In this document: positions 1 to 12,709 of the stretch, piece by piece
Numbering within the stretch: the first letter of the stretch is position 1
Layout: every line of letters begins with the position of its first letter
The notes under the pieces: generated by a model
Told to the model about the DNA's origin: nothing
Databases searched by the model: none
Seen by the model: the letters and a program-made list of their open reading frames with translations, nothing else
Position numbers and translations under genes: made by a program
Assembly: GCA_964036045.1 (NCBI GenBank)
Contig: OZ038379.1
Span: 71,114,001 to 71,178,000 of the forward strand
Reading direction: 5' to 3'
Length of the DNA: 64,000 nucleotides
Source of the DNA: Eutreptiella sp. 'Long Island Sound 2002'
Lineage: Eukaryota > Protista > Euglenida

Positions 1-100
1 AAATTCGCGCGAACTTTGCGCGAAATTCGTGCACCTGCATGCCTGACCGAATATGAAGCATTTGCGGATGCGCAGCACAATGTCGCGAACTTCGCGCTAA
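1..100. repeat. Cluster of TTCGCGCGAA-type palindromes, probably intronic
   Basis: Perfect palindrome TTCGCGCGAA at 4-13 plus degenerate copies. Lies just 3' (minus strand) of a GAG|GTATGC donor-like site at 124. Confidence 0.75.
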
Positions 101-124
101 TACGGGGTAGAGGACGATGCATAC

Positions 125-1990
125 CTCAAATTCACACGGGCAGGTCACCGTCGTCCCGTTCTTGGACTCCTTTGCCTGCTTCCACGCCGGCTCAGCGTGG
201 AGCAGTTGCCAGGCGGGGGCAGGGCGCGTGGGGGGTAGTATAGCCCCAAAGGCCAACGTCACCTCCACATCCCCGTCCGTTGAATCCCCCTTCACGACCT
301 TCATCTCGTGCGCCCCATTCAACATCAAGATGTCCCCCGCATGCACGCTGATGGGGGAGATGTCGTGGGCGGAGCGGGAGAGGAACAGGGGGTGGTGTGT
401 GCACACGGGGGAGCCTGGCTCCACCTCGGGGGGGCTGAAGGTGTCGTCCACCATGTCCCGGGTGGCCAGCCCGACCCGAGCCTCCAATCCAACCCCGAAC
501 AGCAATAGTTGCCCAAAAGTAGGAACTTCCTCCCCGCCCTCCCCGTCCAGCAAGCCGAGGCAGTCCTTGAGCTCCAAGGGGAGGTGGGGGTCGAGATGCG
601 TCGTATTCGGCTTATTCCACGAATGACGCCGATCGGGGGTCCAATGCGTTAACAGTGCCCCCTGCATCTCTTGCCCGGGGGGGGAGGGGAGCCCGTGGTG
701 CCGGGCAGTGCTGACGAGGACGAGGACCTCCCCCTGTTGGAGGAGGACCTCGTTCCCACCTCTCCTCCGTGGCCTCCCCCATCGCCGTTTCCGCCTGGAC
801 GTTGATGCGGTACTGGGGGGAGAGGGCCACGAAGGTCGAGATGTGGCAGCTCGAGGGGTAGCGGTCAGGGGGGGGGGAACATGTGCGGGGCAGTCGAAAC
901 ATCCGTGTGGGGGAGCTAGTCCCCCGACTCAGTCCGATGATGGAAGAAGGCATGTCAAACAAGTCTTCAAATGGATCGGGGACACGGTCGTTGATGCTGC
1001 CAATAAATTTTGTAATGAGGGCACTTGCCATGCCCGAGGTTTTGGTTGGCTTGGACATGCACCGCTGGGGGAGGGTGGGGTCCTTCCTCTGCTCCTCCAC
1101 CTTTTTCACATTGAACACCAGGTCAGAATGTTGACGATCTTGGTTCCCCCCCGCCCAAATTTTTACCACCCTCCCCTAGGTGGTCTTGCAGTACTCCGCG
1201 ACAAGAATATCGCGGTGAACTGGGTAGCCGAAGCCGTCCACGAAGTTACGAGCCATCGGGGGGGGCTGGGTGGTCAGCCAAAACGGAGGGGTTCGCGGTG
1301 GCATACGAGGGGGCGTCCTGCAGGGGTGCCCTGCGCAAGGGGGGCTCGGGCGTAATGAAGGGGGGGATCCGTGATTCCCCAATACCAACTGAGCCCCTTC
1401 ATCCTATGGAGAGTGGGCAGAGTGATATCGGGGATGTGGTTGAGAGGGGGGTCAATCGGGTGGCCCGACTAGATGCCCAGATCGTCCCACCATTGGGCCT
1501 GCACTGCCTGCCATTCAAAAGGAAATTTAGAGTGGCCAGCCTGCGGCTCACCGGCAGGAAAGTAGTTATTGATGGCAATCATGTCCATCCGCATGGGGTA
1601 GTAGACGAGGCCAGTGGTGGGGTAGATGGCACAGAGGCCGGGCTTGGGTTTGCCCACGGTGTGTGTGGCCATGATACCCAAAAGGCTGTCCACGGTTGAA
1701 CCGGCGGGAATGAGCCGGACGGCCCGCAACCCTGGGAGGGCCACCTTCAACTCCCGAAGAAGGAGGGTGGCCCAACTTTTTTTCCCAAACCATCGCGCCC
1801 TCTCGGGCGTTCGCATGTCAACATGAATCAACTGGGGGGGAGTGGCAAACCCCTTCGCCCACCCCACCACCTCCTCCACTGCCAGGCCCCCCGTGTACGT
1901 GGCCTCCTCCAATGTGCCGGAGCGAAGGGGGATGCCCTGGTAGTGGCCCAGGGTGCCATCGGACGGGTTGGGGAGTGAGAGTGACCCAAT
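125..1990 (-). pseudogene. 2OG-Fe(II) dioxygenase-domain gene, copy 1 (disrupted)
   Basis: Joined minus-strand frames read ...FVDGFGYPVHRDIL...GD*LPHTD (HxD, 901-912)...ISTFVAL...VLLQQGEVLVLVSTARHHG (distal His, 692-700), a double-stranded beta-helix oxygenase signature. The exon starts after a tttcccAG acceptor and ends at TCPCEFE|gtatgc. Several stops and frameshifts. Confidence 0.65.
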
Positions 1991-2347
1991 CTGGGAAAGG
2001 GGATGCGCCTCTTGAGTGGACGTTTTCACAAAGAAAGTGAACGTGAGGTCTCAACAAAAGACATGCGACAAGAACAGCATGCTCATGCAAAAATCAATGG
2101 ATATTCGCGCGAAGTTCGCGCGAAGCTCGCGCGAATGTGAATGCTGATACAACTGCGAATACGAGGTTGCAAATTCGAACGCGAATTCAGTTTTTTTTTG
2201 TGAATTTAGGCTACATTATGACCGATTCAAGCTACAATTCACGCCGCTTGAATTTTCATGAATTTTTGGCGAAGTAAGCATAGTGAGCAGGCACAAACAC
2301 AAGGCACCACGGGCAAAACCGGCAAGAAATCAGCAAAGTGAGCGTAC
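1991..2347 (-). other. Probable GT-AG intron containing CGCG palindromes
   Basis: GTACGC donor and cccctttcccAG acceptor are conserved in all three copies (49726-50081, 56337-56690). TTCGCGCGAA at 2104-2113 and 2115-2124. Phase is not reconciled with the upstream exon frame. Confidence 0.45.
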
Positions 2348-2730
2348 TCATTCAAAAGGTCCGTTCATAGTGGGTACATACATGGGCCGCCGCACTGTGT
2401 CTACCCGGGTTCTGGCTTACTCGCTGCGCTCCATCGATCATGGACGCGTATTAATGCTCGTGGTACCCAATTCATGTGTTCCTCCTCCTCTTGCTCCTCA
2501 TCTTCGTACCATCCCATGTTCTCTTGGCTTCTGATCATGGTGGCAACATCCAGGTCCACATCCCGCTCTTCCTATCGGCTGCTGGCCGTGTCGGCCTTCG
2601 TAGCAGCGGGCGCGGGGGACGTTATGGCATAGGTTGCCATGATGTTTGGGCTGTTGTCTATGAATTCACGGGCAACACCCCCTCCGTCTTCCGTGTGGCC
2701 CTTTCAGGGGTTGTCAACAATTGGACAGAA
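2348..2730 (-). pseudogene. Degenerate upstream exon of copy 1 (acidic, unknown function)
   Basis: Mostly open frame ...EFIDNSPNIMATY...WYEDEEQEEEEHMNW... Shares only its last ~30 nt with the upstream exon of copies 2 and 3. Confidence 0.3.
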
Positions 2731-2739
2731 TGATATCCA

Positions 2740-5700
2740 AGTTTGTTCAATCCCATTCCTTGGTAGCAAGTGACAACCAACGCGCCGAAATTTTGCCACC
2801 GGTGCGTGTATGAAATCAATTTGCAAGAACACCGTGCCCTCTTGTTGAACAAAGCTGACTTGCATGCCTTTTCGAACCCCTTGGTTGGCGGCAAGTGAAC
2901 CCCCACATGCAAACATCTTGCCACCATCTTGTATAATCCCTGATTCAATGCTTTTGTGAAAGAGGAAATCTTTCCATCCGTGCAAATACAAAGCCAATGT
3001 GCCAAAATCTTGGCACCTCCTCTTGTATGAAACTCATTTGCCGGCCGCTTCAAACCCGTTGCTTTGTGGCCACCGAAACCCAACTTGCCAAAATCTTGCC
3101 ACCACAATGTACAACCCCCACTTGCGAGCTTCTTAAAATCCATTGTGTGGTGGCAAGAGAGAACCAATGAACCAAAATCTTGCCATCCATGCTTTTACAA
3201 GGCCAACTCACCAAAAATTGGCCATCAATGCAAGCATAACGTCCACTTGGCAACATCTTACCACCATCTTGCACAAACCCGACGCTCCCACTACGTCAAC
3301 CGCCTTCCTCCGCGGCAAGTGACGGCCAACTTGCAAACATCTTGCCACCATCTTGTATAAACCCAAGGTCCTTACTTCTTCAAACCCCTCCTTGTGCAAC
3401 AGGTGAAAGCCTACGTGCCAATATGTTGCCATCTGTGCTTGTACATAACCAAATCACCTGAATCGTGCCATTGATGCTTGTACGAAGCCAACTCCCCTAA
3501 ATCTCGCCATTCTTGCAAGTATAACCTCCACATGCCAACAGCTTTCCACTGTCTTGCACCAACCCGGGCTCCCCCTACTTCAAACGCCTTGCTTTGTGAC
3601 CCAAAAGAGTTAGTTTGTGAACATGTTGCCCTCACCTTATAGAACCCACATTTCCTTCCTTTTTCAAACCCCTTCCTGTGCAACATGTGGCAACTTCCCG
3701 AAATCTTGCCATTGGTGCAACTATAAAGGCAATCTGCCAAAATTTTGCCACCTCTTCTTGTATGAAGGTCGGTTCCAGGCTTCTTCAAACCGGTTGCTTT
3801 GTGCCAAGTCAACGACAACTTGTTACATCTTGGGACGACCTTGTACGAACCCCACTTGCATGTTTGTTGAATCACATTCCTTGGTGGCAATTGACAACCA
3901 ACATGCTGAAATTTTGACACACCATGCTTGTATGAAGTCAACTTGCCAAAATCTTGTGACCTCTTCTTGTACCAAGCTCGTTTGCATGCGTTTCCGAGCC
4001 CCTTGCTTTGTGGTAAATGAACCCCAAAATGCAAACATCTTGCTGCCGCCGTATACACCCCCCTCAACGCTTCTATGAAACCCCGAATCTGGCCATGGTG
4101 CAACTACAAAGCCATTGTGCGCAAATGGTGCCACATCTTATTGTGTTTAGCTCTCTGCAACAATGTTAGGACCCTTTACTTTGTGGCAAGTCAAGTACAA
4201 TTTGCCAAAATCTTGCCACCATGATGTGGAACCCCAACTTCCGTGCTTCTTGAAACCCATTGTTTGGTAGCAATGAGGAGCCAACGAACCAAAATCTTGC
4301 CATAGATGCTTGTACAAAGCCAACTTCCCAAAAATTGGCCATCCATGCACGTATAATGTCAACTTGCCAACATCTTGTCACCATCTTGTACAAACCCTAG
4401 CTCCCCCTACTTCAAACGCCTTCCTCGGTCGCAAATGACGCCCAACTTGCCCACATCTTGCCACCATCTTGTACGAACCAAAGGTCCCTACTCCTTCAAA
4501 CGCCTTCTTGTGCGGCAAGTGAAAGTCTTCCTGCCAAAATATTGCCGCCCTTCCTTCTACAAAACCAACTGGCCTAAATCTTGGAGCGATGCTTGTACAA
4601 TGCCAACTCACTAAAATCCTGCCATTCGTGCAAGTAGAACGTCAACTTTTCAACAACTTGCCACCATCTTGGACCAACCCCAGTCCCATGCTTCCCCAAA
4701 TGCCGTCCTTTGCGGCCACAAAAACCTAGTTTGTAAGCATCTTGCCCCCGTCTTACACAACCCGCAGTTCCCTGCTTGTTCAAACCCCAATCTTTGCGGC
4801 ATGTGGCAACTTGCCCAAATCTTGCCATTAATGCAACTACAAAGCCCATGTGCCAAAATGATGCCACCTCTTCTTGCATGAAGCGCATTTGCAAGGTTTT
4901 TCAAACCCGTTGCTTTGCTGCACGCGAAACCCAACTTGCCAAACTCTTGCCACCAGGTTGTACAACCCCTACTTCCATGCTTCTTCAAACCCATTGCTTG
5001 GTGGCAAGAGGGAGCCAACGAACAAAAATTTGTACAAAGCCAACGCACGAAAGATTGGCCATCCATGCAATTATATTATCATGGATGGCAAAATTTCGGC
5101 ATGTTGGCTTTCACTTGCGCCAAAGGAATGGGATTAAGACCAGTGGAAGTGGGGTTTGCACAAGATGGTGGAAAGATGTCGCAATTTGGGTTTTACTTGC
5201 CACAAAGCATTGCATTTGAAGAACTTTGCAAGTGAGCTTCATACAAGAAGAGGTGTCAAGATTTTGGCACATTGGCTTTATAGTTGCATCAATAGCAAGA
5301 TTTGGGCATGTTAACACAAATGGCACGATTTTGATGAGTTGGTCCCTCTGCAGGCATCGTTAGGAAGATTTTGGTGTGTTGGTTTTGTACAAGCACGGAT
5401 TGCCAGATTTTGGCATGTTGGCTTTTACTTGCCGTACAAGAAGGGGTTTGAAGAAGTAGGGACCTTGGGTTCATGCAAGATGGTGGCAAGATGTTGGCAA
5501 ATTGGGCATCGCTTGCGGCAGAGGAAGGCGTTTGAAATAGGGGGAACCCGGGTTGGTGCAAGACAGTGGGAGGATGTTGGCATGTGGAGGTTGGTATGTG
5601 GAGGTTATACTTGCAAGAATGGCCAGATTTTGGGGAGTTGGCTTTGTACAAGCATCAATGGCACGATTTAGGTGATTTGGTTTTGGACAAGCACGGATGG

Positions 5701-7335
5701 CATTTTGGCACGTAGGCTTTCATTTGCGAACAAGAAGGGGTTTCCAGAAGTAGGCACCTTGGGTTCGTACAAGGTGGTGCTGAGATGTTTGCAAGTTGGC
5801 CGTCACTAGTGACGGAGGAAGGCCTTTTAAGTAGGGAAAACTGGGGTCTGTGCAAAATGGTGGCAACATGTTGGCAAGTGGAAATTATTGCAATCCCTGC
5901 TTCTACACAACCAACTCACCAAACTCTTGCCATTGATGCAAGTGGAACGTCCACTTGCCAACAAGTTCCCATTATCTTCTTTGTGGCTAGAGAAAGCTAG
6001 TTTGTAGGCATCTTGCCCCCATCTTATGCGACCCACACTTTCCTGCTTCATCAAATTCATTCTTGTGCGGCATGTGGCAGCTTGCCCAAATCTTCCCGTT
6101 AGTGCAACTACAAAGCCAATGGGTCAAACTCTTGCCACCTCTTGTTTCATGAAGCTCATTTGCAAGCTTCTTCAAACCTGTTGCTTTGTGGCAAGTGAAC
6201 TTGCCAAAGTGTTGCCGCCACAATGTACAACCCCCACCTCCATGCTTCTTCAAACCCATTGCTTGGTGGCAACACAGAGCCAACAAACCAAAATCTTGCC
6301 GTCCATATTGGTACAAAGCCATTCACCAAAATTTGGCCATCTGTGCAAGTATAACGTCAACTTGCCAACATCTTGCCACCATCTTGCAAAAACCCTAGCC
6401 CCCCCTACTTCAAACGCCTTTCTTTGTCAGTAGTGAGGGCCAACTTGCAAATATCTTGCCACCATCTTGTACGAACCCAAGGTCCCTACTTCTTCAGACC
6501 CACTCTTCTGTGGCAATTGAAAGCCTACGTGCAAAAAAATTGCCATCCATGCTTGTACGGAACCAAATCACCTAAATCTTGCCATCAATGCTTGTACAAA
6601 GTCAACTCCCCGAAATCTTCCCATTCGCACAAGTATAACCTCCACATGCCAACATCTTGCCATACTGTTGAAAAAACCCGAATTCCACGCATCTTCAAAC
6701 GCCTTCCTTTGTGGCAAGGGAAAACTAGGTTGAAAGCATCTTGCCCCCACCTTATACACCCCAGTTTTCCTTGCTTGTTCAAACCCCTTCTTGTGCGGCA
6801 CGTGGCCAACTGCCCAAATCTTGCCATTGGTGCAACTACTAAGCCAATGGGCCATACTTTTGCCACCTCTTCTTGTATGAAGCTCACTTCACAAGCTTCT
6901 TCAAACCTGTTGAAATGTGGCAAGCGAAACCCAACTTGCAAACATCTTTCCACCAACTTGTACAAACCCCACTTCCACATTTCTCTAATCCCATTCCTTT
7001 GTTGCAAGGGACTACCAACGTGCCGAAATTTTGCCACCCCTGTTTGTATGAAGGCAACTTGCAAAAATCTTGTGACCCCTTCTTGTACTAAGCTCACTTG
7101 CATGCTTTTTGAAACCCCTTGCTTGGCGGCAATAGGACACCAACATGCAAACATCTTGCGACCATGTTGTACACCCCCCAATTGAACGCTTCTATGAAAA
7201 CCCAAATGTGGCCATCCGTGCAACTACAAAGTCAATGTGCCCAAATATGGCCACCTCTTCTTGCATGAAGCTCATTTGCAATTCTTCAAACCCGTTGCTT
7301 TGTGGCAGGTGAAACCCAACTTGCCGAAGTGTTAT
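2740..7335. repeat. Degenerate satellite, ~83-84 bp units built from ~40 bp sub-units, with an internal inversion
   Basis: Recurrent CAACTTGC(C/A)AACATCTTGCCACCATCTTGTACAAACCC (e.g. 3243, 3327, 3411; 4360, 4443). The block ~5080-5880 is in the opposite orientation. Confidence 0.9.
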
Positions 7336-7339
7336 ACCC

Positions 7340-7760
7340 CCAGAGGCAGTTGCACTTGATGCTCACCGCATGGGGGGTACTAAGGCTCACATCATGACCC
7401 CATCCTACCGTAAACATTTCGGGCCCTATGGGGGCCTAAATACCCAAACAAATATACATCAAAATGAGCCCCTCATTACACTTATGCATATGTGGGGTTT
7501 TGGGAAAAAATTCACCCCGTAGGAGGTTGGATCGCAGAACCACGTGCGGGGGGGCTACAAGGGGGGAGGTCAGGGATCAAAATAAATTTCGTGTTTTGAT
7601 TACATATTTGGATTGCCCAAAACTTCCCGAGCATTTTGACTACACACATACGGGGGAAAGACAAAAATGCACCCTGTGCTAAAAAGCTTTGGGCACCTTC
7701 GGCACAAATTTTGGGCTGAATCTCATCCGAACCGCCTCAATATTTTGGGCCTCCTTGGGG
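7340..7760. other. Possible transposon terminal/subterminal region
   Basis: The reverse complement at ~7500-7530 (CCTCCTACGGGGTGAATTTTTT) resembles the module found beside AACCGCGACACTTGT elsewhere in the window. Confidence 0.25.
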
Positions 7761-7799
7761 GGTGGGGAGTGGGGGTCGCGTTTGATACTAAGTGCCCGC

Positions 7800-9550
7800 A
7801 ATAAGTCAACATGCGTCACGCAACGTGGCGTATGCCTTTGATGGATGATAGTTGTTGGGTCATCACTCAGGTGAAGCGTTTTCTAGGACACTAGTTCTTA
7901 TGACATTCATTCACTGTACATTCTTGTTGCCTTCAATCACTCTTTGGTAATAGAAATATCCAATGCTTGGGTCCTCCTTGTGGTCTTACACCACTTGCGG
8001 ACATGTATGAACAAGTTTTGGTGTGGCTGTTAACCTAGGCAAAGTCCTACTCTCACACACTCCAAGCTTTACATTGAGGCGCCGGTGAAGCACCAACCGC
8101 TGTCTCAGAAAAACACAAGTTGGTCGGGGACATTTTGTGGCGTTGCCAAGCAATAACTACTTCGCTCAAGAAGCTACGGCACGTGCATTCTCAGTAGTTG
8201 GGCACTATCTTTGACAGGATTTGGGACGTTGTGGATTGTGCGGTTTAGCGGGCATTGCAAATACAATGTACATATGTACTAGTGGGTTACCTTGTGACTA
8301 TCCCATGTTTCACTGCGTAGGGTACTCGGTTCCACGATTGGTCCACCGTCGGGAGGGAACTAATTGGGGCTTCATTTTCCACAATCCTTCCCCTGCCCTT
8401 GACTTGATGTTTAGTGGTTGCAATTTATCTTAGATGGTAGCCTAGCAAACCCGTCTTCCCAATGGGTGGCACATGGTGTTTTATCAAGAACGGTTGGTTA
8501 AATTGTTGTGCAACTTTCTAATAAGTGATCAAAAATTACTTCATTTAACCCATGTTCCAACTTGTACCGTAATGCCCACTTTTCACACCAAAGCCCATCA
8601 AGTTGCCTCTATGGCACAAGCCTTTCCTCATCAGTCTTTCCCTCGGTACCCTCGGTGCCTATTCTCTTGGGTGCACACCACATCGTGGGGGTGCCCTGGC
8701 TTGTAGAGCCATTTCGGTAACATCTTTTTCGTCGAGTGGATTGCTGGTATGGGCGCGATACATTGTACCCCAGCTGTGTATCCATGTCGAGTCGGTCATT
8801 GGCCTATCCCTCCCCGTGATCCCTCCGCGGTGGTGAGAAAGAACCCTTCAACTTTGATTTTGGACAATGTAGTGGATTACCAACGCCAAGTTGTGGAGGC
8901 ACAATTTGGTGAGTTTTGGAGTTTCAATATTTGGGAACTCCTCACCTCACCTTTGTTGCTATACTGGGCTCACCGCCCAGTGCTTCAAAGGTTCACAAAT
9001 GGCACCAATGGTTCAAACATAAGTTGGCCTTGGCTAGAATTGTACGACGTAGGGTGTACACGGATGTGCGCTTGTTGCTGGCGAATACTTGAGTGCCCAT
9101 GTCGTTTGTTGTGGACATTGATGTGCTTGCGCCAAAGTCCCTTTCCGTTGCCAGCTTCCCACTGTGAGGCAAATGTTGCCCCACCATTTGGGTTGGCTGT
9201 GTGATGCTGTGATGTGGTGCAGTCTCTTTGTGCTCTTCCACAACACAATGGTTGGAATGTGCACCACACTTGCAAATCTTTGTTGGCATGGGCAAATAAC
9301 AACAAATGAAAGAGAATAGAAGACAGTCAAGAGTTGGTACATGAGCCACAGCCAATTGTTGGCGAAAAGGAAGGGAAGCAAACAACACTGGTGCAAACAT
9401 GGTGCAAACAGTGACAACCATCATCAACCGCCAACTCTTGTGTCCAACCTCATCCAGGAACCCCTGGCTGAGCCCAGACCTCAAAAACACCCCCCCCCTT
9501 GGCATTCTACCCAGCGCGGCCAAAAAAGGTGGTCTTTTCATCAGCAATGC
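7800..9550 (-). pseudogene. Highly decayed coding remnant, family unassigned
   Basis: Short stop-interrupted frames with Cys clusters (ICKCGAH, ECTCRSF). No diagnostic domain can be supported. Confidence 0.2.
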
Positions 9551-10512
9551 CTTGGCTCTGCCCCCCGGGCCTCCTCCTACACAAAAGCATGAATGACAGC
9601 CTGCTCTTGTTGCATGCTTGCCTTCTTAACAAAAATGCCGGACTCTCTGATCCATTTCTTCAGGGGGCGGACCGAGCGACCGCAGCACAAACACTGCAAC
9701 TGGGAATCCACAAACAGCTACAACATGGCTGTGCACAAACAGCATTGTGCTCCTGCTTCCCACCACTAAAATGGCAGCAGCAGGCCACAGAATGCAAGAG
9801 ATTCTTCATAGTGACTTTGCGTGGCACAAGGCAGCACTTAATCCCCATCCTGTGTGCCCCACCTACCCCTGTTCCCACATGGGAGTGTCCTCTCTCATGT
9901 GTCTCTCCTGTCTCATGCACACCCTCACCTCCGCAATGGTCAATATACCTCCGAATAAGACGCTCAAAAGCATCCCCTCTCTGTCGCATATTATGTGCAT
10001 ATGATACTGCAAACTCCATCAATAAGACGTTGGTGTCAGCGGGGATGCATTTGCGTCCACAAGTTTCAAAAAAAGAAGGGCGTCCCCCTCGCTTTCCTCT
10101 GTTGACCACCTTGCCCTGCACATATAACGAGAAAATTTTCTGCCTCAATGCAGTTGACCACATTGTCAATGTGTGCATACAGGGATGTACCTTGCAGGTG
10201 TTCCTAGCACAAAGCGGAGACTTTGCATGAATGGAACACCAAAACCTCAGTCGCACATGCCTTATGATGGACCAATGGCTTGCAGGGGAATATACAATTT
10301 ATTGCCTTGAGTGGTGGCAACTCACGTATTCCATGAGTCTTGAGCAGGTTCATCACTTGTTACATCACCCTTGCACACTCTCACCTTCTGAGACCAATGT
10401 GTAGGGTATTTGATCGAAACTCCTCAAGGAAACTGAAGTTGAGGGCTAGGGTGATCTTTAACAGAAAAGAAAAAGTGTTCTGCTGTGGCAGAACTGAAAA
10501 GAGGTCTCCCAG

Positions 10513-10771
10513 CCCTAACCCTAACCCTAACCTGGGCCCTAACCATTACCATAGACCTTACCGTAGCCCGAGGGTTTGGGTTGGGGTCAGAGTGCGGGTT
10601 GGGGCCCAGATTAGGATTAGGGTTAGGTTTAGGGCTAGCATGAGGGCCAAGGTTCGGGTTAGGGTTGCGGTCTAGGTGAGGGTTAGGGTTTAGGGTTAGG
10701 TCCAGGGTTCAGGATTAGGGTTAGGGTTTGGGTTGGACCTAACCCTAGCCCTAACCCCAACCCTCACCTAG
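10513..10771. repeat. Interstitial telomere-like (CCCTAA/TTAGGG) tract forming two fold-backs
   Basis: CCCTAA tract 10513-10544 pairs with 10597-10627. CTAGGTGAGGGTT...TTAGGTCCA (10672-10704) pairs with TGGACCTAA...AACCCTCACCTAG (10734-10771). Confidence 0.85.
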
Positions 10772-12709
10772 GCACCGGTGGGCAGTCCTTAGGGGCGGTC
10801 TTTTTAAAAAAAAAGAAAATCTGGTTCCTGAAGGACAACCCTGTTGAGGGCTGGAATTTCAGAGTTCATGTGGTGCTGTACATGATGCGTTGCTTGTGCC
10901 ACCCTTCACAACCTGCCACAACAACGGATACTGCAGCCCAACAACCCGTCACCCAGCCCAACTTGAACTGAGCAATTGAATCCTCGCATAGTCAGAAGAT
11001 CCCCAAGAGCTGTACCCAAGATTTGTCGTCAGCGTTACTGAAAACTTGATCTCTGGGAAGCTCACTTCTGTGTCCAAGCAGGTGAACCATGCATCATCAT
11101 CCGTGTCATGCAGAAAAGCTGAATGCATAACAGCATGCGCCGATGACCAGTGAAAATCAAAATGAGAAACCAATCCACATTTAGACCTCCAATAAATGTT
11201 GCACCTGTTGAAAATGAAACAGATATTCAAGCTGAGAGGGAGAAACATGCTTCTTTGTAAAAAAGAATCTTTTCTGCTAGAAAATCAAGCTGCGTGGTTC
11301 TAACAGATTTCTTGTCTTGTATTCTGCGTTGACCTCCATTACAGGGCCAGCTTCCGAACAAAAATTAATGATTGAAAAAAGGAGGTTGGAAGACATCAAC
11401 TGGGGGGTCAAAATATTGGGGGAATGGTGGGCTGCAAATCATCAAACATCCAACCTGTCAGCAGGTGTTGCTGCACCACAGAAATACAGACTACAATACC
11501 TCGAAAACACGTGTTTTCACAACGCACGTTTTTGTCGTCCGTCATGCAACCAATGGGATCGGCATTCCAGGCTTGTACCTGGTGCACACCTTTATGTTAT
11601 TGTTGCGCAGCCATTGAGCAAGAAGACTGGAATAAGACTGAGATGCAGGATTTTTGAGCCCAACTCCATAAGTAAATGAGGAGCCTGAGACATGACGAAA
11701 GACGGGTCTGCACAAAAGCTATGGTTTGCAACAGCACAATTGCAGGATACTGAAGGAAACCCTTGGTGCCTCAGCCCTTATCAACCACGTGCTTTTAGTG
11801 CAGTTCAACCAGGCCATTTGGTGCCACATTTGCTTCTGGGCCACAACCATATGGGAGCAAGGGCCAGGAAATGCGCCTTCATTGAAGGTTCTTTGACCCG
11901 TCAACCCTGAGCCATCCTCTGAAAGCTGTCACAAACTGGACCTCAAAAAAACAGAGGGGGGGGGGGGAGTGCAGTTCTGTGGATCAGAGCTGAATGTTGA
12001 TCCCGCTGCTCACCATGGCAGCATACCTCCCCTGTGGCGCCCATGCCCCTACCAGCGCCAGCAGGCTTCAGATTCACCAATTCATGGACTGTGAAGTTTG
12101 GAAGGTGCCGTGTACTACTGTGAAAAGTGTGGCACAGGGCCACCAGGTGCTGAGTCACCAAGCATTACCCACAGTGGTGCGCTGCAACGCGAGGCATTTT
12201 GCCCTCTTTTGTCCACCCCCTGTAATCCACCACCTGTACGGTGCTAGAGACTGTCTGCACCCCTGTCACCCAAACCAGCCCTCAAAGTGTCCAGTGCCAA
12301 ATCCAGGAATCCAATAGCGCCAAGGGGGCCCGGGTACATGCTCCTGGGGCGCAGCCCGGCCCAGCTCAGCCCGAGGCCCGCACTACCTCTAAGCCCTGGC
12401 CCACTATCACTAGCCGCAGCCCAAGTACACTCTGCATCCCCATCCTACGTGAGCCCCAGCCGCCCATTCACGGTTTGAGAGCCATGCAGTGGTCCACCAC
12501 CACACCTAGTGCAGCAGGGGCACCAGGGGAAGCTCAACATTGTGCGCGACGACATAGTCGTGTGCCTCGCGGCCTTGACCTCCACACTGCGCATGCTAGC
12601 GGCCGTCCACGTGATCCTATCCGGGGCAGCGGCTCACCAATGTCCTAATCTCCAACACAGCACGCTGAGGCGCCGAGGGGCCATCAGTAGCAAGCGCTGC
12701 GCGCTGAAA

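Noticed and set aside
2740-7335. Long ORFs in the 84-bp satellite (e.g. 6373-7185, 3411-4103)
   Set aside because: They are open on both strands in several frames and show no domain signal, so they are by-products of a repeat with a period near a multiple of 3.
10513-10771. True chromosome end
   Set aside because: The tract is short, degenerate, in both orientations and internal to the window.
10800-12200. Short ORFs as host gene exons
   Set aside because: No recognisable domain, splice pattern or repeat support.
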